NCBI GenBank assembly: GCA_051382335.1
Contig: JBBCAX010000087.1
Coordinates: 1-64,000, forward strand
Length of the DNA stretch: 64,000 nucleotides
Reading direction: 5' to 3'
Source: Deltaproteobacteria bacterium TL4
GTDB taxonomy: Bacteria > SAR324 > NAC60-12
Of the stretch, positions 48,616-59,978 are shown one piece after another. Numbering within the stretch: the stretch's first letter is position 1; each line of letters opens with the position of its first letter. Below the pieces are notes generated by a model that saw only the letters and a list, made by a program, of their open reading frames with translations, was not told where the DNA came from and ran no database searches. Position numbers and translations under genes: made by a program.

Positions 48616-49956
48616 CTAAGAGGCGTTTTTTGTTTTTTCATGAAGGGGAAACGTGATCGTAACACATGTTCCCTGATTAACCTTGCTTTCAATATCAATA
48701 ATCGCCCTGTGAGATTCAATAATATTGTGGACAATGGCTAACCCTAATCCTGTGCCCCGTTCCTTCGTCGAAAAGAACGGATCAAATATCTTCTTCTGAA
48801 CTTCTGGAGACATCCCTATCCCTGAATCCCGAATCGACACTTCAACCAAATGCAGACTCTTACGTCGATGTCCAGGTAAATTCTGGAATCGATCGAGTAG
48901 CTTTTTGTTGTTGGTTTTGTAGCTCCGGGTCGTCAATAATAATTCACCGGGCTCTAACATTGCTTGAATTGCATTCATAATCAAGTTATGAAAAACCTGC
49001 TTTAATAATTCGGTCTCACCACGAACCTGCGTTGAAGATGCGGCAAAGTTGGTTTTGAGTTCAATTTGATTATGTTCCACCAAATAATGCGAAAACTCTA
49101 AAATGTCATGTAAAAACACATGTAAGTCAATCAATTCGCCTGAAATGGGACGAGGTTTGGTGAATTCCAGGAGATTGGAAATGATATGATTCATGCTCTT
49201 GATAGCAGAAGAGATATGTTCTATCAATACTTGTTGTGGAGAATCCGCATCCAATTCCTTCTTCAATAAAGAAGAAAACAGTTCAATACTGCCAAGAGGG
49301 TTTCTGACCTCATGGGCAATGGAGGCTGCCATTTCACCCATCACTGTAAAGCGATTTTTCCGCTCGGCGTCGGCCTCTAACCGCCTGAGTTCAGTAATGT
49401 CCTGCATATTTATGATCAACCCTAGAATATCCCCATTTTCACTATACATTAAAGAGATCGAAAGCCTGAGCTTAAGCAAATTTCCATCGGTCCGTTGAAA
49501 ATCAAGCTCCTGCTCTTCAATATTTTCGTAATCTTTGAGACGTTGAAGTGTCAGTTCTTCAGGTAATACCTGAGCTTGAAAAACGTGATTGAGGGACTTT
49601 CCATAAAGTTTTTCCAAAAGACAACCCGTCATTTTCAAGCCCGTCTGATTTACAGACGTAATCATACCGTCCAGATCCGTAACAATAATGCCAATCGCCG
49701 AACTCTCAAAAATATTGGATAAATAGTTTTTGACCCGCTCTTTTTCCAAGAGATTCAGTTCCAATTCGTTATTTTTACGTGCTAGCTCATGATTGAGTTC
49801 ATCCACCTTTCCCTCAAGCCCCCGGTAATACTCCCGTAACTTGAGCGTCGCCTCGTTAAAAGCCTCAAATCCCTGAGCTAATAAACGGGCATTGATGGAT
49901 TCTTCTTCACTCATTTCAACTGTTGAATTCATTGTGAATTCATCTTTGGAGTTCAT
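48616..49956 (-). CDS. Cytoplasmic PAS sensor histidine kinase (FleS/FlrB-like)
   Basis: N-terminal coiled coil, PAS domain, GEMAASIAHEVRNPLGS and GTGLGL motifs. Confidence 0.92.
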   Translation of the reverse strand: MNSKDEFTMNSTVEMSEEESINARLLAQGFEAFNEATLKLREYYRGLEGKVDELNHELARKNNELELNLLEKERVKNYLSNIFESSAIGIIVTDLDGMITSVNQTGLKMTGCLLEKLYGKSLNHVFQAQVLPEELTLQRLKDYENIEEQELDFQRTDGNLLKLRLSISLMYSENGDILGLIINMQDITELRRLEADAERKNRFTVMGEMAASIAHEVRNPLGSIELFSSLLKKELDADSPQQVLIEHISSAIKSMNHIISNLLEFTKPRPISGELIDLHVFLHDILEFSHYLVEHNQIELKTNFAASSTQVRGETELLKQVFHNLIMNAIQAMLEPGELLLTTRSYKTNNKKLLDRFQNLPGHRRKSLHLVEVSIRDSGIGMSPEVQKKIFDPFFSTKERGTGLGLAIVHNIIESHRAIIDIESKVNQGTCVTITFPLHEKTKNAS

Positions 49957-50401
49957 AATGGTTTTATAAAGGTTAAGAGTTCATGATGGTTTAAACCATT
50001 TCTCTCCGTATGCACAAAATATACATTTGTTCCTTACACTCTAATATTAATTTAAAAACAACTCCCAAACCTATGATATTCCTGCCCCCAGACACCTTTT
50101 GAGAGAGGGCTGTATCAGCACAGTCTCAAAAGGAGGACAAAGTACATTTCAAGCCTTGAAAAATCTAACATGACTCGATTTTTGTCTAATTCCCGGCCAG
50201 ACTATTTTTCTAAAAATCGGTACTTTTATGCGCTTTGATCACAAAAAACAATTGAGTTCTTTCCTGGAGTCAAAATTAAAAAAACAGAAAGAAAGCACGA
50301 TTATCTCATGAACATCTTGAATTTTGAAATTACATAAGACACAGTCCTACCTATCTTATAGTATTACCCCTATTAGCAACCCCATCAAAGGAGGAAGATC
50401 C

Positions 50402-50665
50402 ATGTCATTGCAAGAAGAATTTGAAAGTGCCAAAGTTCGTTCCGAAAAACTCCCTAAACGTCCTAGCAACGATCAACTGTTACAAATGTACGCACTGTAT
50501 AAACAAAGTGTTGCCGGTGATGCATCAGGAGCTCGACCAGGCTTTGCTGATTTTCAAGGACGTGCAAAGTACGATTCTTGGGCAAAAGTAAAGGGGAAAA
50601 CCCAGGATGAAGCAAAGAAAGAGTATGTGGCTCTTGTTTCAAAATTAGAGAAAGACATGGCGTAA
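50402..50665 (+). CDS. Acyl-CoA-binding protein
   Basis: LLQMYALYKQ...GD...RPG..DF.GRAKYDSW pattern. AGGAGG RBS before ATG at 50402. Confidence 0.93.
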   Translation: MSLQEEFESAKVRSEKLPKRPSNDQLLQMYALYKQSVAGDASGARPGFADFQGRAKYDSWAKVKGKTQDEAKKEYVALVSKLEKDMA

Positions 50666-50815
50666 CGCTGTCGTTGGCTGTTTTCTTTGTGCTTTTATAC
50701 TTCCTGAATTAGTAATGCAATTCAGGAAGTATCCCCTTGATATAATTCCTAAAGGAACCTGCCGTTTCGTCTGCTTGACGATGAGGATCTTGTTATTCAC
50801 CTTTTTCTCACCTGT

Positions 50816-52300
50816 ATGCATACCATGATATTTGAGTATTCGATAGAACAACTTTCAGAAGAAATACGATCTCGACGCATAACCGCTCGCTCCGTAATGG
50901 AAGTCGTGTATGACAATATTGAACGTTATAATCCTCAACTGAATGCGTACTTATCGGTCTTACCCCGTGAAAAAGCGCTTCAACGAGCGGAGGCCATTGA
51001 CAAAAAAGCGGCACAAGGACAACCGCTCGGAAAATTGGCGGGAATCCCCATTTCTTCCAAAGCCAATATTGCGATCAAGGATCCGGAATTCAAAATCAGT
51101 TGTGCGTCTAAAATGTTGGAAAACTTTTCTTCTCCCTACAATGCCACAGTAATTGATTCGATTTTGAAAGAAGAGGGCCTGATCATTGGAATCACCAACA
51201 TGGACGAGTTTGCGATGGGTTCCTCTACAGAAAACTCCGCTTTTGGCGCAACCCAAAACCCTTGGGATTTGAACCGTGTTCCAGGTGGCAGTAGTGGTGG
51301 CGCCGCTGTTACGATTTCCGCACGGATGGCATTACTGGCTTTAGGTTCAGATACAGGAGGTTCTATTCGGCAACCTGCTTCCATGTGCGGTGTGACAGGA
51401 ATTAAACCAACTTATGGTGCGGTATCCCGTTATGGACTCGTGGCGTATGGCTCTTCTTTAGACCAAATCGGCTGTCTGGCACAACGAGCGGAAGATTGTC
51501 GTTATGCGTTAGAGGTGATTCAAGGTTATGACCCTTACGATAGTACTTCACTGAAAAACCCGTTACCTCAAGCTTCATCATCAAAGGATTTAGCCCAGTT
51601 AAAATTCTGTTTGCCAGAGGAATACGTCACAGGAGGATCTATTGATCCTGACGTCATTGAAAGTGTGATGTCCTTTGTCCAATTGCTTCAGAAAAACGGA
51701 GCGACAGTCGAAAAACGCTCACTTCCTTTCACTCAATATGTTGTCCCGACCTACTACATCCTGGCCTTTGCTGAAGCAAGTTCTAATTTAGGTCGGTTTG
51801 ATGGGATTCGATATGGAGTTCGTCAACAAGAGGATTCCTCCCTGGATTCTCTGTATAAAACATCCCGTAGCCAAGGTTTTGGAGAAGAAGTAAAACGACG
51901 GATTATGCTCGGAACTTTTGTGCTCAGTGCGGGATACTATGACCAATATTATGCGAAGGCCAACAAAGTCCGCATGTATATGGAACGGGAAGTGGATGCC
52001 TTATTTGGCGAATTTGATTATATTTTAGGGCCGGTTTCTCCTTTTCCAGCGTTCAAACTTGGAGAAAAATCGGAAGATCCGCTGTCCATGTACCTCGCTG
52101 ACATCTATAGCGCGTTATCCAATCTCACACGAACTCCCGCGATTTCAATTCCAGGGCAACCCAGTCAACATAATTTACCGATCGGCATCCAATTAATGGG
52201 AAAAAAAGGTTCCGATTTTTCCTTGCTGAACGTATCTCAACAGATTCAGTCACTGATCCATTACCACCAACAACGACCTCCTTTGAATCTAATTCCTTAA
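50816..52300 (+). CDS. gatA: Asp/Glu-tRNA amidotransferase subunit A
   Basis: NMDEFAMGSS, PGGSSGG, GSDTGGSIRQPA, SSNLGRFDGIRYG and EVKRRIMLGT motifs. Confidence 0.96.
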   Translation: MHTMIFEYSIEQLSEEIRSRRITARSVMEVVYDNIERYNPQLNAYLSVLPREKALQRAEAIDKKAAQGQPLGKLAGIPISSKANIAIKDPEFKISCASKMLENFSSPYNATVIDSILKEEGLIIGITNMDEFAMGSSTENSAFGATQNPWDLNRVPGGSSGGAAVTISARMALLALGSDTGGSIRQPASMCGVTGIKPTYGAVSRYGLVAYGSSLDQIGCLAQRAEDCRYALEVIQGYDPYDSTSLKNPLPQASSSKDLAQLKFCLPEEYVTGGSIDPDVIESVMSFVQLLQKNGATVEKRSLPFTQYVVPTYYILAFAEASSNLGRFDGIRYGVRQQEDSSLDSLYKTSRSQGFGEEVKRRIMLGTFVLSAGYYDQYYAKANKVRMYMEREVDALFGEFDYILGPVSPFPAFKLGEKSEDPLSMYLADIYSALSNLTRTPAISIPGQPSQHNLPIGIQLMGKKGSDFSLLNVSQQIQSLIHYHQQRPPLNLIP

Positions 52301-52340
52301 GGAGGCACACTCTGAAACGCATACTGGGCAAAATTCATTT

Positions 52341-53264
52341 TTACCGGGGAAACCACTGTTTTAACACTGGCAGCAGCAGTTCAGAGGCCAAATAAAATTC
52401 ACCGCAAGGAGGAGGAATCAGGTATTCATAGTTATCCCAACCATAAGCGCATAATTTCTCAAAACAGAATTGACCACTGGAAAGAATGGGGCGGATTTCC
52501 AAGAGATGAGTTGAAAAAGGGGCAAAAAGAAGATTCACGATACCGGCACCATGTGGCGCAATCAAGTGAGAGGTTTCTCGCATCAGACGAATCTGCTCCA
52601 CGATGGATAATCGTTCCAAAAATAAACGTTCGAACCCGTAGCGATGGAAGTAGGGTAAAAGTTCTTCTTCATTGACTAAATGTCTCTTTTTAACTAATTT
52701 ACGAGAAATATAGACTCGTCGAAATGGAGTTATCGCTGTTGATGGAGCAAGGCACTGTCCTAACTCCTGGATTTGTTGGATTTTTTCTGGATTCCAATCA
52801 TTCTTGGTAATCGGAGGAATCAACAGTTGCTCGACCCAATAGACTTTGGGTGCAAGGAGTTGAAGGCTTAATCGACATTGTTGTAGAAAAGAGAGCAATC
52901 CCGAAGGAAAGTTATCAGGCAGCAACACTGTCCACTGGGGGGGCAATGCCCTCAAGCAGGGTAACAAATCACAAATAAAGTGATAGTAATTATTAATAAA
53001 AGGGCTGATTCCCAAAACATACTTCCCTTTTAGCAACACAGCTCCTTGGGACTTAGGAAGCCCCTCTTTGATTCTGCTTTCGACTCTACGTTGATGTTCA
53101 CAGTCCTTGGGATTGTTTTCCGGATGGCCTAAGTCCCATAAGTATCGTTGAAAGTGAAAAAACAACTGATTTTCATGTTGTACTAAACCATCTTTTGCGT
53201 CAAGACAAGCCTTTTGAAGGGGGAACTCTGAACGCAAATTAACGGTGAGTGTACTGTTGCTCAT
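52341..53264 (-). CDS. Glycosyltransferase family 61 (DUF563) protein
   Basis: NYYHF, YISR...R.L.NE and APHGAG motifs. Confidence 0.85.
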   Translation of the reverse strand: MSNSTLTVNLRSEFPLQKACLDAKDGLVQHENQLFFHFQRYLWDLGHPENNPKDCEHQRRVESRIKEGLPKSQGAVLLKGKYVLGISPFINNYYHFICDLLPCLRALPPQWTVLLPDNFPSGLLSFLQQCRLSLQLLAPKVYWVEQLLIPPITKNDWNPEKIQQIQELGQCLAPSTAITPFRRVYISRKLVKKRHLVNEEELLPYFHRYGFERLFLERLSIVEQIRLMRETSHLIAPHGAGIVNLLFAPFSTHLLEIRPILSSGQFCFEKLCAYGWDNYEYLIPPPCGEFYLASELLLPVLKQWFPR

Positions 53265-54291
53265 AGTATTTTCGGTATTCTCCTGAAGTCACTTGGTTCA
53301 CCCATGCCTGGTTTTTAAGATACCACCGAATGGTTTCTTGAATACCTTCTTCGAAGGTGTGCTGAGGTGCCCAGCCTAAATCCCTCTGAATTTTTGAAGC
53401 ATCGATGGCGTAACGCTTATCATGTCCAGGGCGATCTTTAACAAACGTGATTAAATGCTCACAAAGTTCATGCTCCGAATGTTTTAATATCAGGTCAAGA
53501 TGACGACAGATGTACTGGACAATATCAATATTTTTCCATTCGTTCAGTCCCCCAATATTATACGTTTCTCCGACCCTGCCCTTGTGAAAAACGAGGTCTA
53601 TTGCTTCACAGTGATCTTTGACATAAAGCCAGTCCCGGATATTGCTTCCATCCCCATAAACGGGAATGGGCTTCCTTTCGAGACAGTTTTTGATCAACAA
53701 GGGGAGCAATTTTTCAGGAAATTGGAACGGGCCATAATTATTTGAACAATTCGTAGTCACCACATTCAACCCATAGGTGTGATGATAGGCACGGACTAAA
53801 TGATCGCTGGCGGCTTTTGACGCGGAATAGGGAGAATTTGGAGCATAAGGGGTTGTTTCTGTGAAAAGGCCTTTGCTTCCAAGAGTCCCATAAACCTCAT
53901 CAGTACTGACATGATGAAAACGGTGTTGATCCAATTGGCCATGCCAAACGGTTTTTGCCGTTTCTAAAAGATTGAAGGTGCCAACCACATTAGTTTGGAT
54001 AAAGGCACCAGGCCCTGAGATACTGCGATCCACATGGGATTCTGCTGCTAAATGAATGACGGCATCTACCTGGTATTGATTAAAAACAGACTTCACCTGT
54101 TCGACATTGCATAAATCCCCTTGTACAAAATGATAGGTTTCCGTGTTTTCTGCGTCCTTAAGATTCGCTAAATTCCCGGCGTAGGTTAGCGCATCAAAGT
54201 TGATCACCGTATCCTGAGGATGTTTTTTCAACCAATGTAACACCAGATTCGAGCCAATAAAACCTGCGCCTCCTGTGATTAATACCTTCAT
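53239..54291 (-). CDS. rfbB: dTDP-glucose 4,6-dehydratase
   Basis: [31 protein letters not shown] and DRPGHD motifs. ATGA overlap with the upstream gene. Confidence 0.97.
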   Translation of the reverse strand: MKVLITGGAGFIGSNLVLHWLKKHPQDTVINFDALTYAGNLANLKDAENTETYHFVQGDLCNVEQVKSVFNQYQVDAVIHLAAESHVDRSISGPGAFIQTNVVGTFNLLETAKTVWHGQLDQHRFHHVSTDEVYGTLGSKGLFTETTPYAPNSPYSASKAASDHLVRAYHHTYGLNVVTTNCSNNYGPFQFPEKLLPLLIKNCLERKPIPVYGDGSNIRDWLYVKDHCEAIDLVFHKGRVGETYNIGGLNEWKNIDIVQYICRHLDLILKHSEHELCEHLITFVKDRPGHDKRYAIDASKIQRDLGWAPQHTFEEGIQETIRWYLKNQAWVNQVTSGEYRKYYEQQYTHR

Positions 54292-55010
54292 AAATGAGCC
54301 TCTTGTTCCCAAACCAGATGATTGGCGTGGCGATATGATTCAAAGGTTCCCGCATCAGTCCACCAACCTTGTAAAATATCAAAAGTCATCAAATTGTGCT
54401 GAATGTAGTAATTATTGACATCGGTGATTTCCAATTCGCCTCGGGAGGAGGGCTTCAGTGAAGGAATAATATTAAATATTTCAGCGTCATACATGTAAAT
54501 TCCCGTCACACAATAGGAGGATTTCGGGTGTTTGGGTTTTTCTTCAATGCCGATGATACGATCACCTTGAATTTCAGCGACACCGAATCGCCCAGGATCA
54601 GAAACTTCCTGAATCAATATTTTGGCTCCTTTTTCCTGCGTCTTAAAGTTTTCAATATAAGGACCAATGGGGTCAAAAAAAATGTTATCGCCTAAAATCA
54701 CACAGATTTTCTCATGATTCGCAAATTGTTCGCCCAAACCCAAGGCTTGTGCAATGCCTCCGGCCTGATCTTGAACTTTATAGGTAAAACGGCACTTGTA
54801 ATTTTTTCCACTCCCCAGAAGATTAACGACATCTCCCATGTGATCCACTCCCGTTACAATCAAAATATCTTCTATTCCCGCTTCCGTTAATTTTTCAATA
54901 GGATGAAAAATCATCGGCTTCCCACCAATGGGTAATAAATGCTTATTGGTTACTTTTGTGAGGGGAAACAGTCGGGAACCTGTACCTCCTGCCAAGATAA
55001 TACCTTTCAT
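54288..55010 (-). CDS. rfbA: Glucose-1-phosphate thymidylyltransferase (short form)
   Basis: [32 protein letters not shown] and WTDAGT motifs. Confidence 0.9.
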   Translation of the reverse strand: MKGIILAGGTGSRLFPLTKVTNKHLLPIGGKPMIFHPIEKLTEAGIEDILIVTGVDHMGDVVNLLGSGKNYKCRFTYKVQDQAGGIAQALGLGEQFANHEKICVILGDNIFFDPIGPYIENFKTQEKGAKILIQEVSDPGRFGVAEIQGDRIIGIEEKPKHPKSSYCVTGIYMYDAEIFNIIPSLKPSSRGELEITDVNNYYIQHNLMTFDILQGWWTDAGTFESYRHANHLVWEQEAHL

Positions 55011-55102
55011 AATTCATCCTATTCCATTGATGTTAATCTTCACACTTGCGATGTCTTCCCAAATGAGAGGCCCCTCTTTTATCAGGATCCATTTTAAACC
55101 TC

Positions 55103-55804
55103 CTATCGAACGACTGCTTTCAAATAGGCAATAGGAGGATTGTCTTTGGACTTGAATAATTGTTCGAATTCCGTTTCGATGTTGTTTTCATTATACACAC
55201 TTTGATGCAAATCCGTAGTTTGTACTGAAATGTGATAAGTCTTCAGTTCCTCCAAAAGTTCGACAACAGAGTGGAAATATTCATGGTGATCGGTTTTAAA
55301 ATGAAAACACCCCTCTTTGCGAAACAAAGGAACGATCGCGTTTAAAAAAACTTCACCTAACAAACGATGTTTACGTTGAGATTTTTTGGCCCAAGGGTCG
55401 GGGAAATTGATATGAAGCTGGTCCATGCTGTTAGGTGGTAAATAATCAGGCAACAGTTCACCTCGTTCCTTGAGCAACAAAATATTTTGACACTGATGCT
55501 TCCTGAATTTTTTTGCGGCTTTGACCAAACGCTTGTAGCGCAGTTCGAAGCCTAAAAAAGCCTGATCAGGATGTGCTTGATTCAAGTGCTGGAGGTATTT
55601 TCCGGACCCACATCCAATCTCCACATGCACCGCAGTTTGTGGTGCGCACAGGTTGGACCATTGCTCCCGAAACAAAGCGGGAGTGGGATGGGGAAGAATC
55701 ACCTCCGGATAATCATAAACAAGCGCAAAATAAGGATTGTTTTCTACGCGTTTTTCAAAAATAGCCTGGGATAAATTTCGATGATCCGTTGTATGATACT
55801 GCAT
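55103..55804 (-). CDS. trmB: tRNA (guanine-N7)-methyltransferase
   Basis: VEIGCGSG, NFPDPW, KTD and TEFE motifs. Confidence 0.95.
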   Translation of the reverse strand: MQYHTTDHRNLSQAIFEKRVENNPYFALVYDYPEVILPHPTPALFREQWSNLCAPQTAVHVEIGCGSGKYLQHLNQAHPDQAFLGFELRYKRLVKAAKKFRKHQCQNILLLKERGELLPDYLPPNSMDQLHINFPDPWAKKSQRKHRLLGEVFLNAIVPLFRKEGCFHFKTDHHEYFHSVVELLEELKTYHISVQTTDLHQSVYNENNIETEFEQLFKSKDNPPIAYLKAVVR

Positions 55805-55827
55805 GCTTTTAAATTAATTTTGGAAGA

Positions 55828-56463
55828 TTGAAAATGGACTACCTCATTACACAAGTTCACTTTTTAAACAACTCTTTGGTCCGTGTTTTTTTAAATACAG
55901 GAGAGTGCCTTCAGTTAGATTTCCAGAATTGGGAGCTCTTAAAACTTCATTCTCAGGAAGCGATAAACGAAACCCAATACCTCGAACTCCAACATCAGGC
56001 GACACGCACCAGTATCTATCACAAAGCCTTAGAGTTATTAGGAAACAGGGAGCATTCAGAGAAGGAATTATCTATTAAACTGCGACAGAGGTTTCAAGAA
56101 GAAGAACTGATCCAACAATGTATTCAAGAATTACAAGAAAAAAATTTACAGTGTGACCTCAGGTTCGCGCAAGCTTTTGTTGAGTCTAAAACTTCTCAGA
56201 AATCCTGCGGACCTTATTGGCTTTTAGCCGAGCTACAAAAAAGAGGAGTTTCCAGAGAAATTGCCGAAAAGGCGACCAAGGCGAAAGACGATCCCGAGTT
56301 GTGGTTGAGAAATGCTCAAAAACTTCTAGAACATTTATCCCGGTCCTCTCAAAAAAAAACTTCCAAACAGGAACTATGGAAAAAACTTTACCAACGAGGA
56401 TTTCCTAGGGAAATCATTGAAGACGCACTCTCAAATGTGACATTCCGGGAAGATTCCCCTTAA
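55828..56463 (+). CDS. recX: Regulatory protein RecX
   Basis: ALELLGNREHSEKEL..KL, D.RFA..F, GP..L..EL..RGV and L..RGF motifs. Confidence 0.9.
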   Translation: MKMDYLITQVHFLNNSLVRVFLNTGECLQLDFQNWELLKLHSQEAINETQYLELQHQATRTSIYHKALELLGNREHSEKELSIKLRQRFQEEELIQQCIQELQEKNLQCDLRFAQAFVESKTSQKSCGPYWLLAELQKRGVSREIAEKATKAKDDPELWLRNAQKLLEHLSRSSQKKTSKQELWKKLYQRGFPREIIEDALSNVTFREDSP

Positions 56464-56909
56464 AGCTCTAAAAAATAAAAATAAGATTCTTCATCATCAT
56501 CAAATTCCATGTCCTCACCACATTCTTTACATTTGACTTCAGGCACACCATCTTCCAGGTTGAAACTCCCCATTTCAATCATCACGTCTTTCTGTTCTCC
56601 ACAACCTGAGCAAAAATAGGGGGCATAGACCGATGTGACTTTGGCACGTGCTGTAAAGTTCGGGATCATAGTCATCTGATAGACAACAACGGGAGGACAT
56701 TCCTCAAACAAAATTTCAATATCATCACTTATTTTCTCAATCGCATTGATCCATTCCCGAACTCCAGTGGAGTTTATGCGTGAAATCTCTTTTAGATTCA
56801 GAATAATTTGAGGACCTTGAAAATCGAACAACGGCTGAAATTTTGCGAACTCGTTAATTACACCTTCCAGGTAGAATTTACTATCCTCCTGTCTAATCTT
56901 TAAATCCAT
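56460..56909 (-). CDS. STAS-like protein with C-terminal zinc ribbon
   Basis: LEGVINE...LNLKEISRINSTGVREW, followed by CSGC and CKEC. Confidence 0.65.
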   Translation of the reverse strand: MDLKIRQEDSKFYLEGVINEFAKFQPLFDFQGPQIILNLKEISRINSTGVREWINAIEKISDDIEILFEECPPVVVYQMTMIPNFTARAKVTSVYAPYFCSGCGEQKDVMIEMGSFNLEDGVPEVKCKECGEDMEFDDDEESYFYFLEL

Positions 56910-57100
56910 CAGTCTTATACCTCAGCATGCGATCCAGGGAAACAATGATGTAGGAACTATCCTACAATTCAGTTATATATTCCTTTTGGTCTTTAGAATT
57001 AACACTAATACTTGTAGCTAACATTTTCAGAAGAGAGTATCAACCCCTTTTTACATGTTAATTATCAAAATCTTTATGTTTATACCCATAATACATTTTC

Positions 57101-59836
57101 TTAGTGCGCGTCAAGCCAGTTTATACCTTTTCCAAAATCAATAGTCAATGGGACTTCTAAAATTACTACATTTTCCATTTCTTCTTGAACCACCTGACCC
57201 AAGTATTGGGCTTCGTTCTCAGGTGTTTCAAATACCAATTCATCATGCACTGTTAAGACCATTTTTGCTTTTAATTTTTCTTTTTGAAGACGTTGATCCA
57301 CAGCAATCATTGCCAGTTTGATGATCTCGGCAGCGGAACCTTGAATGGGAGTGTTAATGGCCGCTCCTTCCGCAAAACGCCTGGCCAAGCCTTTTCCATT
57401 AATGTCGGGCAAATATCGTCGTCGGCCCATTAAGGTCAAGGCATAGCCTTCTTTTCTGGCTTGCTCCATAAACTGTTCTTGCAAGGCATGAATGGTCGCG
57501 TACCTTTCAAAATATCGTTCTATAAAGGCTTTGGCCTCCATTTTGGTCGTTTGAGTCACCAGAGCCAGTCGATCTGGACCCATTTTATAAATCAAACCAA
57601 AATTTACCTCCTTTGCTTTGGCCCGCATTTCTCGAGTGACCTCTTTTTCAGGAACCTTGAAAATCGCGGCGGCAGTCAGAGCATGGATATCCTTATTATG
57701 ACGATAGGCTTCGAGAAAGGTAGGATCTTTGGAATAATGAGCGACAATCCGGAGTTCAATTTGACTGTAATCCGCCGCCAATAAAACATGACCTGGAGGC
57801 GCGACAAAGGCTTTTCGGATACGACGGCCTTCGACGGTACGGATAGGGATATTTTGCAGGTTAGGATTGTCTGAAGACAGACGCCCTGTGGCGGTAACCA
57901 TTTGTTGAAACGAAGTATGGATCCGCTTTGTCTTTTTATGAACAAAGGTGGGAAGTTGATCCAGATAGGTATTTTTGAGTTTATTTAAGGTTCGGTATTT
58001 TAAAATAGCTTGGGCCATAGGAAATTGTGACATTTTCTCTAAGGTTTCTTCATCCGTTGACATCTGATTTCCAATTTTGATTTTTTTCGGATGGAAGTCG
58101 ACCAATTGATGTAAGGCAAGCTTGTTATAGAGAATCGTTTGAAGCTCTGGCACAGAATTGATGTTGAACACTTCTCCGGCGTGTCCATGGATTTCTTGGG
58201 TCAAGTCGGATAAACGTTCCTCAAATTCTTCAGAAATATGATGCAGTCCGTCCAGATCAACCAAAACGCCCTCTAATTCTAAAAAGGCTAATGATCTTAG
58301 AAGAGGAATTTCTATGGCGCTATAGAGCGCCCACATCCCTGCTTGTTTCAAATGCGCGGAAAGTAGCGTATTTAACTGAAAAATCGCATCAGCATTTTCA
58401 CAATAATAAAGCGACCGGATATTCACATCATCCACCGTATCCGGATCTTCCAACATTGATAATTGCGGACTTGAGGAGACGAGTTGATACTGCCTTGAGC
58501 GTAACAATTTATGTTGGATGAGGTTATTGAGCGTGTGCTCATTTTTATCCACAGGATCCACCAGATGACTTGCGAGCATCACATCCGATAAAACAGGCTG
58601 AAGCTGTATCCCTTCATGATGCAATAATTGAATAGCTTGCTTCACATTAGCACCAACTTTAGGAATACTTGTATTTTCAAATATACTTTGCAACAGCGTC
58701 AACACTTCATTTCTTTGTTTTCTGAAAGACTCCAGCGAAAGATAACAGGCTTTCCCGGGAGAGACACAAAAGGAGACTCCCCTGATACGCGCATCCACAA
58801 TATGAGCATTTTCAGAATCCAGATCAAAAGCGACAACCTCTTTGTCTTTGAGCTGCGCTATAAAGCTTTGCAACTCAGCAAACTCAACAATGAGATGATA
58901 ATTCCCCTGTATTGCAGGTGAAAGAGAGGATGAGGTATCCTGTGTTTTGGTTTGCGGTTCGGTTTGTGGAATACCGCCTTGACTGTATTTTTTTAGGAAG
59001 GTTCGAAACTCTAATTCTTCCAACACCTCATGAAACGCGGGATTGTCATAAAGGTCCGTATTTTTCAGGTGAAGCTGTTGTAAGTCGATGTCAATCGGAA
59101 CCTGACAATTGATGGTCACTAATTCTCTGGAAAGCAAGGCGTTTTCTTTGCCCTCAATTAATTTTTCTTTTAACTTTTCTCCAGAAAGTTGATCCAGATT
59201 CCGATATAAATTTTCAATACTGCCATAGGAATTAATGAGTTTCATTGCGGTTTTTTCGCCCACACCGAAGACTCCCGGGATATTATCAGAAGTATCTCCC
59301 ATCAAGCCTAACACTTCAATAACTTGTTCAGGAGCACAGCCAAATTTATCCAACACGCCTTGCCTGGTAATGCGTTCTTGTTTGTGATTCAGCATGGTGG
59401 TTGTGTCTGAAATGAGCTGCATGTAATCTTTGTCGCTGGTCACCATGACCCCCTCTAACGCCTGCTCCCTGCAAATACGCATCAAAGTGCCAATGATATC
59501 ATCCGCTTCGTAACCTGGAAGAGAAAGGTACGGCAAACCCAACGCATTCACCAAACGCGGCAAGTAGGGAAGTTGTTCCACCAAGTCCTCAGGCATTTTT
59601 TCCCGGGTCGCTTTATATTTTGGAAAAAGCTCATGTCGGAAAGTTGGCTCAGGAGTATCTGTAACCACAGCGAGGTAATCAGGACGTTTTTTTTCAATGA
59701 TCCCCATCAGTTGAGTCAAAAAACCAAATATTCCATTAGTATTCATTCCTTTGAAATTGATTAGCGGATTCCGAATCATAGCAAAATAACTGCGATATAA
59801 GATCGCCATTGAATCCACAGCATATAAGATCGGCAT
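57101..59836 (-). CDS. polA: DNA polymerase I
   Basis: 5' nuclease EADD and GDTSDNIPGV motifs; polymerase TGRLSS, DYSQIELR and VHDEL motifs. Confidence 0.98.
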   Translation of the reverse strand: MPILYAVDSMAILYRSYFAMIRNPLINFKGMNTNGIFGFLTQLMGIIEKKRPDYLAVVTDTPEPTFRHELFPKYKATREKMPEDLVEQLPYLPRLVNALGLPYLSLPGYEADDIIGTLMRICREQALEGVMVTSDKDYMQLISDTTTMLNHKQERITRQGVLDKFGCAPEQVIEVLGLMGDTSDNIPGVFGVGEKTAMKLINSYGSIENLYRNLDQLSGEKLKEKLIEGKENALLSRELVTINCQVPIDIDLQQLHLKNTDLYDNPAFHEVLEELEFRTFLKKYSQGGIPQTEPQTKTQDTSSSLSPAIQGNYHLIVEFAELQSFIAQLKDKEVVAFDLDSENAHIVDARIRGVSFCVSPGKACYLSLESFRKQRNEVLTLLQSIFENTSIPKVGANVKQAIQLLHHEGIQLQPVLSDVMLASHLVDPVDKNEHTLNNLIQHKLLRSRQYQLVSSSPQLSMLEDPDTVDDVNIRSLYYCENADAIFQLNTLLSAHLKQAGMWALYSAIEIPLLRSLAFLELEGVLVDLDGLHHISEEFEERLSDLTQEIHGHAGEVFNINSVPELQTILYNKLALHQLVDFHPKKIKIGNQMSTDEETLEKMSQFPMAQAILKYRTLNKLKNTYLDQLPTFVHKKTKRIHTSFQQMVTATGRLSSDNPNLQNIPIRTVEGRRIRKAFVAPPGHVLLAADYSQIELRIVAHYSKDPTFLEAYRHNKDIHALTAAAIFKVPEKEVTREMRAKAKEVNFGLIYKMGPDRLALVTQTTKMEAKAFIERYFERYATIHALQEQFMEQARKEGYALTLMGRRRYLPDINGKGLARRFAEGAAINTPIQGSAAEIIKLAMIAVDQRLQKEKLKAKMVLTVHDELVFETPENEAQYLGQVVQEEMENVVILEVPLTIDFGKGINWLDAH

Positions 59837-59978
59837 AACACAAAGGCTCGAAAAAAGGAGTAAAAATAGTAAAAAGCAGGCTTTAAATTAGTAGGTATGA
59901 AAAGGAAATCAAGTTAATTAACAAAGCAATTTGCCTTGACCTTCACATGATTTTCAGGACAATCGCCGTGATATTTTC

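Noticed and set aside
50816..52300. gatA without adjacent gatB/gatC as a novel amidase
   Set aside because: GatA-specific motifs are intact, and split gatCAB arrangements are common.
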